Shown: piece by piece, positions 1-11,505 of the stretch
Layout: each line of letters starts with the position of its first letter
Position numbering within the stretch: position 1 is the stretch's first letter
IMG/VR virus record: IMGVR_UViG_3300017747_005082
Location: 9,618 to 73,617 of that record
DNA from: a virus
Lineage: Duplodnaviria; Heunggongvirae; Uroviricota; Caudoviricetes
Length of the DNA stretch: 64,000 nt
Reading direction: 5' to 3' (one strand)
Made by a program: the position numbers and the translations under genes
Notes under the pieces: generated by a model
What the model was told of the DNA's origin: nothing
Databases searched by the model: none
The model's input: the letters and a program-made list of their open reading frames with translations, nothing else

Positions 1-186
1 CTTTCAGCTAAAAATATAGTTTGCCCTTTTAATGTAGAATCACTATTTAATGGTATTCCTAAATCTCTTAAATATTTACTTCTTTCTGTTGCAATATAAT
101 AATCTTTGAATTGTGGTAATTTTGATAAGGCTTTTACTAATGTTGTTTTTCCAACGGATACTGTACCTACAAATGCTATTTTCATA

Positions 187-429
187 TTATTTAATTTCTG
201 TTACTTGAGGATTTTTATGAGGGGGTTCTCCATTAGTATCTTGTTTTGCTGCATTCCATTGATCTTTAGTATATTGAATCCCATATAAATAATATTCATC
301 TTTTGATTTTGATCCAGGTGGATATTGAATAGCTGCATGTTCCCAACAATGTAATTTACCATCAAACATTGTTATAGATTTACCATCAGGTGTTTTAAAT
401 GTTTTAGTTTTAAATTCGTTTTTAATCAT
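187..429 (-). CDS. small phage repeat protein (DGKLH-x-AAI-x-YP motif)
   Basis: One copy of a DGKLHxxxxAAIxY repeat common in phage small proteins. Confidence 0.4.
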   Translation of the reverse strand: MIKNEFKTKTFKTPDGKSITMFDGKLHCWEHAAIQYPPGSKSKDEYYLYGIQYTKDQWNAAKQDTNGEPPHKNPQVTEIK

Positions 430-634
430 ATTTATTTATTATTTTTTGTAATGTTTGACCAAATTGATCAGTAGTAATTTGATTTATCATATAATGAATC
501 CAATCATCATTAATATCATATATTTCTTCTTGTGTTAATATATTTTTTAATTCTTCCCAAATTTTAGAAGCTTTATTTTGATTACTTTCTCTTCTACATA
601 AAACTTGATTTTTAAAATTATTTAATAGCTTCAT
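422..634 (-). CDS. hypothetical protein
   Basis: 70-aa ORF packed in the minus-strand operon. Confidence 0.55.
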   Translation of the reverse strand: MKLLNNFKNQVLCRRESNQNKASKIWEELKNILTQEEIYDINDDWIHYMINQITTDQFGQTLQKIINKYD

Positions 635-657
635 TTTTATTTTAATATATGAAAATT

Positions 658-2031
658 TTAATTATTTTCCAAAATAGATTCAGCAACATAAATACCATGG
701 GCTCCACTAACAGTTATTCCTCTAGCAGACAAAGCATCTCCTACAAAATGAATATTAAGGTAATTTTTTAAAGATAAATCATTATAATTTACAATTGGTT
801 CTGGTGAAAGATATTTTACCTCTGGTATATATAATCCATAATCATCTCCCATATCAGGGAATATTTTTTTCATATCATCAATAAAATTGGTAATATAATC
901 AGCATATTCACCTAGTGCTTCTTTAAATGTAATCAAATTATCTACCTCACTTGCTAATATTTCTTCATTTTCTGAAGAATAAGATAATTGTCTAGTAAAA
1001 TTTGGAGAATAATATAACCCACCATTACTTTGTTTATTTGAACCATCCATATTCATTAAATATGTTTGACATTTTTTAACTGCATTTCTACACCATTCAA
1101 AGGGATTTTCGATACCTTTAATTTCCATCAGGATACCAAAATTAGTCATATCATTTCTAAATTCTTCTCCTTTTTTAGCATGTCCATTATAACTTATATC
1201 CCCATAAGTCTGTTCAACAGCCACATAAGCTGCGTTATTATTTGTACAAAATGTACGTAAAGAAACAGTATCAAATTTCTGATACAATTTAAAATCATAT
1301 GAAATATCAATTAATTTTTGGAAATATTTTTGTGGTGCTTCAAATCTAACACCTATTTGAACTGATTTAGGTTCAGTCTCTAATTCATATTGTTCTGCTA
1401 ATTTTTTACCAAAATCAATTCCTGATTTCCCAACAGCGAATATAAGAGTATCATATGGAATTGATGTATATTCATACCCTTTTCCTAATATTTTGTTTGT
1501 TTCTTGGTTAAAGAATTGAATATAATTTATTTTGAAATCAATTTTTTTTACTTCAGATTCCCATCTAAAATTAACTCCTTTATCTATTAAATATTGATAC
1601 CAAGATTTTGCAATTTCATGTAAATAGTTTGAACCAATATGCCATACAGGAAATAATCTTAATCCAAAATATGGTTTAATAAATTCAGGTTCTTCAACAG
1701 GATTGGACATGAATATTTCTTCGGGTTGTGGATGAAATCTACGGAAATTAGATATTACTTGATCCATTAAATCCATAGCTTTTTCCTCACCACAATATTT
1801 AGCTAATTGTCCTCCGATTTCAGTATGGTAAGTAAGTTTACCATCACTCCATCCACCAGCTCCTAACATACCTTCCATTACTTCCTCAGGTAATCTATTT
1901 TCTGGATCTTTACCTTTATCTATAATAGTAATTAATTCTCCAGGATATCCTTTATCAACTAATTTAGTAGCAGCATTAATTCCGGCCACTCCAGCACCAA
2001 TAATAACTATTTTTTTATTGTATTTGATCAT
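658..2031 (-). CDS. NAD(P)/FAD-dependent oxidoreductase
   Basis: N-terminal IIGAGVAG Rossmann motif, GAGGWSDGK, C-terminal GDALSARGI. Confidence 0.85.
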   Translation of the reverse strand: MIKYNKKIVIIGAGVAGINAATKLVDKGYPGELITIIDKGKDPENRLPEEVMEGMLGAGGWSDGKLTYHTEIGGQLAKYCGEEKAMDLMDQVISNFRRFHPQPEEIFMSNPVEEPEFIKPYFGLRLFPVWHIGSNYLHEIAKSWYQYLIDKGVNFRWESEVKKIDFKINYIQFFNQETNKILGKGYEYTSIPYDTLIFAVGKSGIDFGKKLAEQYELETEPKSVQIGVRFEAPQKYFQKLIDISYDFKLYQKFDTVSLRTFCTNNNAAYVAVEQTYGDISYNGHAKKGEEFRNDMTNFGILMEIKGIENPFEWCRNAVKKCQTYLMNMDGSNKQSNGGLYYSPNFTRQLSYSSENEEILASEVDNLITFKEALGEYADYITNFIDDMKKIFPDMGDDYGLYIPEVKYLSPEPIVNYNDLSLKNYLNIHFVGDALSARGITVSGAHGIYVAESILENN

Positions 2032-2064
2032 TATTTATATTTAAGTTTAAATCCATAACATATT

Positions 2065-2433
2065 TTAATATTCAATAATATTTAAATTAAATTTTTTAAA
2101 AATTTCATCTGCATTTTTAAGATTGACTTGAATCCAAATAAATACTTCACCATAATCATTATTAGCAATATTACACCCTCCAAATTCCCAATAATCTTCT
2201 AATTCAGAATTAAAATAAGATTGATTTCTAAAAGATATAACCCAATGTGGTTTATTTTTATTAATAATATTATATGCTTCTTCATATAATAATTTACTCA
2301 ATTTTCTTTGAAATATACTAGGATTATCTTTAGTTCCTTTTTCATCAACCCAAAATAGAAAACATTTATCTTTAGCCAAATTTAAAATTTCTTTGGGATT
2401 ATTAGGGATATTGTCTATTATAGCATGTTTCAC
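2065..2433 (-). CDS. hypothetical protein
   Basis: 122-aa ORF in operon. Confidence 0.6.
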   Translation of the reverse strand: MKHAIIDNIPNNPKEILNLAKDKCFLFWVDEKGTKDNPSIFQRKLSKLLYEEAYNIINKNKPHWVISFRNQSYFNSELEDYWEFGGCNIANNDYGEVFIWIQVNLKNADEIFKKFNLNIIEY

Positions 2434-2645
2434 TTATCTATATTATTTTTATTGAATTTATTTAATCTATATTTAGCTTTTTCTTCAACTTTACCTGGAC
2501 TACATAAAGGGCAACTACAAGGTTTTCCTGTAGTCTTTAATTTATAATTCTGTCTGTTTTGAATTTTAGAACAATTATACCATTGTTTTAATCTTTTAAT
2601 ATATTTGTAATATCCTTTAGTTCTACGTTCTAATTTATTCATCAT
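2430..2645 (-). CDS. small basic protein with CxC-xxC motif
   Basis: Lys/Arg-rich, TGKPCSCPLCS. Confidence 0.5.
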   Translation of the reverse strand: MMNKLERRTKGYYKYIKRLKQWYNCSKIQNRQNYKLKTTGKPCSCPLCSPGKVEEKAKYRLNKFNKNNIDK

Positions 2646-2810
2646 TAAGAGCTATATAATTTCTTAATTTTTCAGCAGCTTCAATATATTCTTTTCTTAT
2701 TTGGTGAAATTTTTCATCTTTGATTTCATCAAAATCAGAATAATCTTCAAAAGTATAACCAAAACCTTCATTATATATTATAGATGTAACATAATCTTTT
2801 TCACTTCTAG

Positions 2811-3332
2811 TCATATTTTATTTTTAAATATTTTTTTCATTTCTTCTTCAGTCAAACATTCTAGATCATTATTATTTCCTGTCAAAACTTTAATTATTGC
2901 TTGTCCTAAATCTAATTCATCTCCTACCCCCCATTCATTATAACTAAAAAGAACATTTCCATCTTCCTCTAAAACCCTTATAAAATCATTACTATTTTGA
3001 AAATGAACATAAAGATTTTTATATTCTGTTGAACCATAAGGTCCTTGAGTTACATATTGAATTTTTTTATAAATATTACTCATTATTTATTTTATATGAG
3101 CTAATTTTTGTAATCTTTTTACCTCTTTCAATTCTTGAGGTTGTGAAGTATTATCAACTATAGAATCATAATTATCCATAGTTAATATATTTCCCTCTTT
3201 AGATAAAGATAATATATTTTCTGTTACTTTATGAAGATCCATATCATCTTTAGCATCCTCTCTAGCATATTCTAATAAGCGAATAAATAATGGTATATCT
3301 ACCACTATTTTATCTGTTGGGTTAAAGTTCAT
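2811..3332 (-). other. two small hypothetical CDS (2811-3083, 3087-3332)
   Basis: Tightly packed minus-strand ORFs. Confidence 0.55.
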
Positions 3333-3342
3333 TTTTATATTT

Positions 3343-3726
3343 TTATATTTTTATTTTAAATTCAATATTAGTTCTCTTCTCTTCAATAAAATAATCAATT
3401 ATTCTTACTTCTTTTCCTTGTTCCTCAGCCCATTTTATTTCCTGTTGGACACCTTTTGATTTTTCAATCAAATTTAACCCATCATATCCTACAATATTAA
3501 CAACCCAAATTTCATCAGCCCATCTTACAAATTCTTCATCTTGTCCTAACCAAACATCATAAGTATGTTCTACCATTTCTGTTTTCCAAATTGGATAACT
3601 ATGACTTATTGGAGAAAATACAAAATATTTTCCTTTTGCTATTAATAAAGATGCCACTTCATTAGCACATTTAAAACTTAAATCCTCTATATTAGAAAAA
3701 GGGATAGCTAAATATATTTTTTTCAT
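3343..3726 (-). CDS. DUF1937 / nucleoside-deoxyribosyltransferase-like fold protein
   Basis: KIYLAIPFS, VFSPISHS, SKGVQQEIKWA pattern. Confidence 0.55.
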   Translation of the reverse strand: MKKIYLAIPFSNIEDLSFKCANEVASLLIAKGKYFVFSPISHSYPIWKTEMVEHTYDVWLGQDEEFVRWADEIWVVNIVGYDGLNLIEKSKGVQQEIKWAEEQGKEVRIIDYFIEEKRTNIEFKIKI

Positions 3727-3831
3727 TTTTATTTTAATATATGAATTAAAAAAATAAAATCCAAATTTTATAATATTTCTTTTATTTCAAAATTTTATAT
3801 TATACGAAAGTTCCTTTAAATATCAAAAATA

Positions 3832-3848
3832 GGACTCAAATTGAGTCC
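3832..3848 (-). terminator. intrinsic terminator-like hairpin
   Basis: ggactcaa/ttgagtcc inverted repeat just downstream of a CDS, T-run on minus strand. Confidence 0.6.
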
Positions 3849-3858
3849 AGAATTTATT

Positions 3859-4818
3859 TTACCATTTTTTACATGACCAATATCTTGCTTTCCATTTTGG
3901 TCCTGGATTCTCACAATTATGCCTTGCTCTAAAAGCTTTTCGTCTAACAGGATTGTTTTTCTTTATATTCATTCCTTTAGCTCCAAAATTTACTTTTACA
4001 ACATTTCCTTTTTCATTTTTAACATATACTTTGAATTTTTTGGAATCACCTTGCATCGGTTTATTTAAAGTAACTTTTCTACCTTGATATTCAGATTCTT
4101 CTAAAATTGATTCTTTTAAATCAGAACTACATTTTTTTAATTCTTCTAAAAATCCTTCCATTTCTTCATCATTAATAGTATATTCTTTTATTGTACTATC
4201 TATTTTGTATTGTTTTCCATTGATTTTTAAAGCCTCTAAACCATCAATATTAATCATACGATATCCTTTAGGTCCATTTCCTATTTTTAAATCATAAACA
4301 GGTATAACTCCTTTATCTTTTGGAGAATAAGGTAATTCACCACCAGAAGTATATTTTCTTACCCCAGTCATTCCATTCATTACTCGTTGTTGTCCATCTT
4401 TTTTAGTAAAAACAGCAGTAAATATTTTTCCTTTATATGATAATAACTCTCTTGCTTCTTCCCTACTTATATATTCTATTCCTTTAGGTTCTACATCACT
4501 TTTTGGTTCTGTTTTTTTAGTTGGAGGAATACGTTTTGAAGTAGGAGGTTCATCAGGTTCTACCTCAGCAGCAGGTTCTTCTTCAGAATCTTCATCATCT
4601 ATCTCAGGATCTTGAATATCATCAGGTTCAATAATTATTTCTTCTTCATCTTCTACATTTTCTTCATCATCCTCATCTCCTTCAACTTCTTTTAATAATT
4701 GATTATATTTTAATAATTCAATTTTTTCCCATACTAAACCTCTAACATATCTCATGTCATATTTAGTATTTTTAGTTAAATCAAGAATTTGGTTAGCTAT
4801 TTCTGAAAGTTTTATCAT
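3859..4818 (-). CDS. multidomain phage protein (acidic linker, SH3-like domain, conserved basic C-terminal domain)
   Basis: Acidic D/E tract; C-terminal YQGRKVTLNKP...RARHNC...ARYWSC resembles a domain in T4-like/large phages. Confidence 0.5.
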   Translation of the reverse strand: MIKLSEIANQILDLTKNTKYDMRYVRGLVWEKIELLKYNQLLKEVEGDEDDEENVEDEEEIIIEPDDIQDPEIDDEDSEEEPAAEVEPDEPPTSKRIPPTKKTEPKSDVEPKGIEYISREEARELLSYKGKIFTAVFTKKDGQQRVMNGMTGVRKYTSGGELPYSPKDKGVIPVYDLKIGNGPKGYRMINIDGLEALKINGKQYKIDSTIKEYTINDEEMEGFLEELKKCSSDLKESILEESEYQGRKVTLNKPMQGDSKKFKVYVKNEKGNVVKVNFGAKGMNIKKNNPVRRKAFRARHNCENPGPKWKARYWSCKKW

Positions 4819-6116
4819 GATAATTTAAGGAAAACAGATGATTCTTCTAATTGGGAAGAAGCATAATTTATTATTTCTGTTATTATTTTATTTTTTATAT
4901 CTTTTGGTTGATTTAATATATTAGATAATAAATTTAATCCAAGTAATTTAGATACTTTCCAATCAATATTTTTTTCTTGTATAAATATATTGAAAGATCC
5001 TCCTATACCACCAACAAAATCTCCCAATAATGTGAATAAAACCATTTCTGCATATGTTGGGTCTTCTTCCCAAATTAATTTAATCTCTTTGGCTGTTTTA
5101 AGTTTAATATCAAACTTATTTAATATAGTATTTATAGCACCAAATCCTATTTTACCATGAGAAGCAGTTTTACCTAAAATCTCTCCTGCCCAATTTGTAG
5201 CAAAATTAAATGTTCTAAAACATATTTTTCCATCATTATATAATATATTTATATCTTTTGATTTTAATGTTGTTTTAAAACCTTCATAAGTATATTCTTT
5301 TCTCATTTTTCCTTTATTTACTACTTTAATATTTGGTTCTTTTCCTAGTTTTTTAAGCGATACTCCAATTAATTCTTTTTTATCAAACATATCTTCTACT
5401 TGTTGATTTAATTCTTCTAAACTAGATGAAAACTGCGTATATAAAACATTTTCCTTTACAAACCATATATCTGATGGATTCCATTTATCAGATTGAAAAC
5501 CTACGTTGATTTCACGGTAAGAATCATATAATTTATTTATAAGTTGAGAATCTCTATGATGTTCAAATTCTTCATTATCTAAATACTCATAAAGCATATT
5601 TGAACTTGTTAAAAATGATTGTCTCCAAGTAGGATTTTGAGAAAAATCAAATATTTCTTCTAGTTCAGTAGATGTTTGACAAAATTGATATGATTCAGAA
5701 ATAGCAGTGTATGTTATATCTATATTATCAATATAAGATTTTTTAACATTAGTTGCTAAAGCATTAAACACACATTGAGTTGATTCTTGTAGAGCTGTGT
5801 TTTTTGAGCCTGCTCCTATTCCTGTACCAGCTCCAAATTCCTCAGTTTTCTTAAAATTAGATAATGCAATTAATCCAATTTCGGTATCAAATAATTTTTT
5901 ACCACCACTTAATTCTTTATAATTTTTCTCCTCCAAAAATTGAATTCCAGGAGAAGATTTTAATATAGTTAATAAAGAACCATCTGTTAATTCAAATGGT
6001 TCTTCTTTATTTATTTTTTCTAAAAATCTTTCTCCTCTATCTTTATATAAACCATAAAATTCATGATTAGAATGATACGGCTTTTCTAATTGGGAATGGG
6101 ATAAAGCTACACTCAT
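4815..6116 (-). CDS. putative restriction-endonuclease-fold protein
   Basis: TALQES, DKWNPSDIW, LIGVSLKK pattern consistent with PD-(D/E)XK-like fold. Confidence 0.4.
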   Translation of the reverse strand: MSVALSHSQLEKPYHSNHEFYGLYKDRGERFLEKINKEEPFELTDGSLLTILKSSPGIQFLEEKNYKELSGGKKLFDTEIGLIALSNFKKTEEFGAGTGIGAGSKNTALQESTQCVFNALATNVKKSYIDNIDITYTAISESYQFCQTSTELEEIFDFSQNPTWRQSFLTSSNMLYEYLDNEEFEHHRDSQLINKLYDSYREINVGFQSDKWNPSDIWFVKENVLYTQFSSSLEELNQQVEDMFDKKELIGVSLKKLGKEPNIKVVNKGKMRKEYTYEGFKTTLKSKDINILYNDGKICFRTFNFATNWAGEILGKTASHGKIGFGAINTILNKFDIKLKTAKEIKLIWEEDPTYAEMVLFTLLGDFVGGIGGSFNIFIQEKNIDWKVSKLLGLNLLSNILNQPKDIKNKIITEIINYASSQLEESSVFLKLS

Positions 6117-7573
6117 TTATTCGTCTTCATCTTCATATTCGTCTTCTTCATCATCTTCTTCATCAGAAAATACAGCACTTAATATATCTTCAGTACTAGC
6201 TTCTGGATTTTCATCTTCAGCTATATCACTAAATTTATCCATATATTTAGTAATTATTTCTACCGGTAAACCCATTTTTTTAGATAAATTTAAATACATT
6301 TGTTCTGCATCATATATATATTCTAGTTCATAATTTATATCATTAATATGATTATAAAATATTTGTTTTATATCTTCTTTAGATAGATCTTGATTTTCAT
6401 TTAATATTTTTATTCCTGCTAATTGTTGCATTCTAGCAACTTCATTTAATTGTTTCATTTTATAATTTTAAATTTTTTAGGAGGTTTTGGTACTTCTACC
6501 TCTTGTAATTCTTCTTCAGATTCTTCATTATCAGTTTCTTCTGTTTCTTCGCCAGGTTCTGATGTTAAATCACTTACAAATTCATCTTTCATATCTTTTT
6601 CATTAGAATCTTCTTCACCTGGGCCTTCGGAACCTGGAGGCATACCCATTAATAATAGATCAGTGATAGCTTTCATAGCATATTCTTCATCTTTAATATT
6701 CATTAAATGATATTGTTTTCCAGCTATTTTAGCTATATAAGCTTTAGGATTATATGTAAGATAAAAAGATTGACCATTATGTAATAGAATTTTAAATGTT
6801 GTTGGTTTTGGAGCCATTACATATATCCCTGTTAGATAATCTCTAAACACAGAAGTCATTAGTTCTTCTAGAGTAGCCTCTAAAGAAGGATATTTTTTAA
6901 TTATATATTCTAAAGGATCTTTTTCAAATGTTAATATTTCCTCTTTACGATTTTGTATTTCATTATCAATTTCCTCACTAAGTATTTTTTTTAATGTCAT
7001 TGGTTGTTCTGTAATAAACTTACCGTCTATTTTTTTAATACTATTTAATGGTTTATAGAAAATTTTATCATTATTATCTAAAGTTAAATAAGCGTGAGTA
7101 AAATTATTTGCTATATTTTTAAGATAATAAGTCTTAGGATCATTATTTAATATAACCCTAGAGCCTCTACCTAACTTATTAATAATATTATCGTAAGCCA
7201 TTTATTTTAATAATTTAGCTTGGAAATTTCTAGCTAATTTAGAAGGACGTTCAAATTGTTTTTCCCCTTCTCCAAATTTAATCTTATCAATAGCCTCTGT
7301 TAATGATTTTGCTTTAACATTAAAATCATAATCTATTTTATTATCATTTTGATGAATAATAAAATATACATTATAATAATTTTCTTTAATTAAAGCATTA
7401 GAATAACCATCTCTGATAGCAACTTTCAATTTTGTTCTATCTAGTTCAGGAAAAGTGTTTAATACTGAAGAATATATATTTTGTATAGTTTTATCATCTT
7501 CAGCAAAACGTTGTTCCGGAGATTCTCCAGTTATTACTTCTTTAATTATATCTCTTAATCTACTTTTCTTCAT
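6117..7573 (-). other. three hypothetical CDS (6117-6458, 6455-7201, 7202-7573)
   Basis: Contiguous acidic ORFs with overlapping start/stop. Confidence 0.6.
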
Positions 7574-7745
7574 TAGAAGTTGTTTTTTGTTTAATAAAAG
7601 CAGACCATATTATACCAACTAATGATACTGCACTACCACTAATAGTAGCTATTGTAGCTTCATCTGTTACTCCATAAGTCACTAAAATTCCACCAACAAA
7701 AGTTAAACCATGTCTAATAAGTCCTAATATTTGATCTTTATTCAT
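7560..7745 (-). CDS. small two-TM membrane protein, holin-like
   Basis: Two hydrophobic segments and a basic C-terminus. Confidence 0.45.
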   Translation of the reverse strand: MNKDQILGLIRHGLTFVGGILVTYGVTDEATIATISGSAVSLVGIIWSAFIKQKTTSNEEK

Positions 7746-7780
7746 ATTATTTATTTTAATATAAATATATTAATCTTTAA

Positions 7781-7966
7781 TTATCCATGTAACATTTTTG
7801 ATTTGGGAATAGATGGCTGTGATTTTTTTACTGCTTGATAATAACCATTACTATCACAAGCTATTCCTCCTAATAATTCATAATCAGAATGTGATTGAAG
7901 AAAATTATTTACTTCTTCTTGTAAATCTTGAAAAAAATTAGCGGCAATTATTATATAATCTAACAT
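7781..7966 (-). CDS. hypothetical protein
   Basis: 61-aa ORF after a terminator/promoter cassette. Confidence 0.5.
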   Translation of the reverse strand: MLDYIIIAANFFQDLQEEVNNFLQSHSDYELLGGIACDSNGYYQAVKKSQPSIPKSKMLHG

Positions 7967-7990
7967 ATTTTATTTTTAGGGAATATACAA

Positions 7991-8009
7991 AGGCCTCTTT
8001 AAGAGGCCT
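7991..8009 (-). terminator. GGCC-type terminator hairpin
   Basis: aggcctctt/aagaggcct inverted repeat; related copies at 12429, 36761, 51001. Confidence 0.65.
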
Positions 8010-8024
8010 AATATTTTATAATTT

Positions 8025-9787
8025 TTATTCTGTGGGAGTTTCTTTTTGTTGTTTTTCCTTTTCCAAATCTTCTCTTGTCCAAAATCCTTTTACTCCTGGT
8101 ACTCTTCTAATAGCTGTTTTTACAGTAGATTTAATATCTGAATTTTCTTCACTTGAAAATGGGAACGGATCTATTTTAATAGATAATTTGGTTCTTTTAT
8201 CTTGATTTGCTATATCTATATTTCTAACAACAGTTATTCCTGTTATACTTCTTATATCTGATAAGATATCAGTTAAATTAAGTCCATCTTTAATATAAAG
8301 AATACCATCCATATGAATAATATTATTTATTGCAGATTCTTTAATTTCATCTTTAGGTTCTACCTCATATTTTCCATAATATGGATTATCTTCAGTATTA
8401 TCTGCTATTTTCTTTAAATCGTTGAAATCAAATGAAGTGGTAATCCCAGTTTCATCTAATTTTACTGCATAAAAAGGATGTTTAGATAATGAAATAACTC
8501 CTTCTTGTCCATCTTTAGTAGATACTCTATCTCCTTCTTGGAATTTGGTTTCATCTTCCAAAATTTGAATAATACTTTCTCTAATTAAATGTCTAAGATT
8601 CTGTTTCATTTTTAGGTTTTTCCTCGGGTTTTTCTTTGGATGGTTTTTCTTTTTCTAGTGAAGACTTTAATCTTTTTAATAATTCTTCGAATTTATCTAA
8701 TTGATCATATAAAGTATTTATATCACTAGAAATAGCTGAACGTTTACCTGGATCAGAAATACCTTCTGTAGTTTTAGATTGTATCTCTAATTTTATTTCA
8801 GCAATTTTGTCTTCTAATTCTTTTACTTTTGAAGAACCTGTTTTAATATCTTCTTTTAATTCTGAATCCCTCTGTTTTAATAATTTTCGAGAAGTGGTTC
8901 TAGCTTTACCTTCGGATTTGTAAAGGCCTACAATATTTTCCTTTGTTAAACCTTGAGAAGAAAGCATTTCTGCTAAACCAAAAACATCAAGTTCTTTAAT
9001 TAAATCATCCTCAGTAGATTCTTTAATAGCTTTTGTTACTATCCAAAAATTTCCAATTTGGTCTTCTAAATTATATGCTTCTTGTGGTTGTGAATCTAAT
9101 ATATTTAGGTTTTCTTTAAGTAACTTTTCTTTTAATTCTTCCTTTATTAATGATATAAGTTCCGTTTTTTTCATTATTTATTTTTTATTAATGTCTATTA
9201 TAAATATATTAAATTGTTTTGGATTTCTGTTCTTTAATTTGTTCTTTAATTTTTTTAATAAATTCTCTATCTATTCCTCCCCCTAACCATGTTTCTTTAA
9301 CACCATCTTCAGTAATAAAGGAATCATTTGTAGAATTACTATATTCTTCCAAAGCAACTTCTAATTCATCCAATAATGAATTTCGGTTTGAATTCATCAA
9401 TTTTCTTTCATATTCCTCAAACTTACCTTCTAATTTAAGTTTAGTTTCCATTTCAAAAACACAATCAGAACAAGTTCCATGTATATTATACATTTTTTTA
9501 TTAAGTTCGCTTATTTTAAAATGAGTTTTACAATTTGGGCATGTTAAAGGATAATGTAATATTTTTTTTAGTTTATCAAACTTAGTAATGGTTTGTTTTA
9601 ATCCATCTTTGATAGTCCACGTTTTATCATTTTCTTCCCAAATATCTCCTTCTTTATATTCTATTTTTTGTGAAGTATATCCTGTTTGAGTTTTCGTTTT
9701 TTCTCCATATCTTCCAGTAGTTAAATTACGAATACGAGCTAGATCACTTTCTGAAAATTCTTTTTTTAATAATGTTTCTTTACTCAT
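8025..9787 (-). other. three hypothetical CDS (8025-8609 KOW-like; 8593-9174 coiled-coil; 9209-9787 with CxxC...CxxC)
   Basis: ORF track; motifs read from the translations. Confidence 0.55.
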
Positions 9788-10322
9788 TTTTTATTCCTAT
9801 TTTTTGTAATTCTAATATAACTTCTTCTGCTGTAGTATATAATATACCAATTCCATTTTGAGACTTCCATTGAAGAATATTATTTTCTTGATCATCAATA
9901 AGTATTCTATTAGGGCCTGATAATTGTTGTTTTTCAGAAGCTCTTTTAAATATTATTTCATTATCTCCTAGATTATCTTGTACCCATAATGTTTTTCCTT
10001 TGATAGAAGTATCACTTAATGAAGGAGAAGTTAATATTGTAGGTTTATATGACTTAATATAATTCCAAAGTTTTTTACCTTCAGGAGTCCATTTCATTCC
10101 TCTCCAAAATCTTATTCCAACTTGATTATCTATTAAATCCCAAAAACGTTCTGTTCCTTTTTTATCACCAAATTGTTTTTTAGCCTTATAAGTATATTCC
10201 TCAGGACTTATCCCTGAAAAATGTTCAAATCTTTCAACAAAATCACATAATACACCATCTAAATCACAGTATATATCATATTGATCTGTAAATTCTTCAG
10301 TTAGTAATTCGTTTAAATTCAT
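9780..10322 (-). CDS. HAD-family 5'(3')-deoxyribonucleotidase-like protein
   Basis: DLDGVLCDF motif I, LIDD motif IV. Confidence 0.75.
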   Translation of the reverse strand: MNLNELLTEEFTDQYDIYCDLDGVLCDFVERFEHFSGISPEEYTYKAKKQFGDKKGTERFWDLIDNQVGIRFWRGMKWTPEGKKLWNYIKSYKPTILTSPSLSDTSIKGKTLWVQDNLGDNEIIFKRASEKQQLSGPNRILIDDQENNILQWKSQNGIGILYTTAEEVILELQKIGIKNE

Positions 10323-10510
10323 AATTGTTTAGTTTCTTTTATAACAGAATACCAAGACATTCCTTCTTCTAATCTATTAATTATATGAATAATTTTACTT
10401 TTATCACTAATATACCACCAAATAATCCACAATAGATCTTTAAATGTTACATATTTTTTATGTGGTTTTATTAATTCAGATATTTTATCTTGTATTTCTT
10501 CTTTTGTCAT
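10319..10510 (-). CDS. hypothetical protein
   Basis: 63-aa ORF in operon. Confidence 0.5.
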   Translation of the reverse strand: MTKEEIQDKISELIKPHKKYVTFKDLLWIIWWYISDKSKIIHIINRLEEGMSWYSVIKETKQL

Positions 10511-11505
10511 TATTCAAATATTTCTGGTATATTTCTACCTATTTCCCTCATTATTTTCCCAGCATAAGAATTTGCTTCATTTTCAAATTCATCCCCATCT
10601 TTTCCTGCATCTACTGTTAATCTTCCTTCTAAATCTTGTTTAAAATGATATAATTCATGAGCTATAGATCTCATTATATCTGCCATATTTCTATTATATA
10701 TTACAGCATTGATCTTTTTTTCTGAAGGGATATATCCTCCAAAACTAGAATGCTGTTTTACATAATTAGGATTGTTAATTAAAGTAATCTCAGGTTTTTC
10801 TATTTGTAAATTATTACAAACATATTCAATTGCTTTATTTAAAGTTGGAGCATGATTTTTTTTAAAAATTTCTTGAATAGGTTCAGGTAAATACTTTTTT
10901 CCCAATGGAGTTAATCTATCAGGGTCTTTTCTTTTAGCCATTGCTACTAATAATTCATGATAATCTTTTTTTTCATGAATTTGAAAATTTAATAAAAAAT
11001 CATTTAATTTAATACCTTCAGGAATTAATGTTTTGATTTTATTTAGATCTCTTATTCCAATAGCTTCTCTTAAAGAAGTAGCAGATAAACCTTCGATATT
11101 TCCGGCATTTACTATATCAACATTAAAGTATTTATCTCTATTTTCTTTTATAGAATTATATCTTTCTTCATCATCTTTTCCATAAATGACAATATAATTA
11201 TTATTCTGATTTTTTACTTCATTATAAATTTCTGTTATTGGAGATGTTGATTTTGCGATTCTAATTTGAACATTTTCTGGAAGTAACGTTTTATATTGTT
11301 TCCATATTTTTAATGATAATTCAGGTGTATATCCTTCAGTAGTATTATTAGAAATAATAACATGAACTTCATCTACTTTAGAAGCGGCAGTTTTTACCAC
11401 TTCAAAATGTCCTTTATGAGCAGGTTTAAATTTACCTGGATATAATGCTATTATAGGGGTAGATTCATTAATTATTCGTTCTGCTATTTCTTTTCCAATA
11501 TCCAT
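10510..11505 (-). CDS. HxGH nucleotidyltransferase (cytidylyltransferase-like) fused to a HEXXH metallopeptidase-like domain
   Basis: YPGKFKPAHKGH and SATSLR; C-terminal AHELYH...ENEAN. Confidence 0.7.
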   Translation of the reverse strand: MDIGKEIAERIINESTPIIALYPGKFKPAHKGHFEVVKTAASKVDEVHVIISNNTTEGYTPELSLKIWKQYKTLLPENVQIRIAKSTSPITEIYNEVKNQNNNYIVIYGKDDEERYNSIKENRDKYFNVDIVNAGNIEGLSATSLREAIGIRDLNKIKTLIPEGIKLNDFLLNFQIHEKKDYHELLVAMAKRKDPDRLTPLGKKYLPEPIQEIFKKNHAPTLNKAIEYVCNNLQIEKPEITLINNPNYVKQHSSFGGYIPSEKKINAVIYNRNMADIMRSIAHELYHFKQDLEGRLTVDAGKDGDEFENEANSYAGKIMREIGRNIPEIFE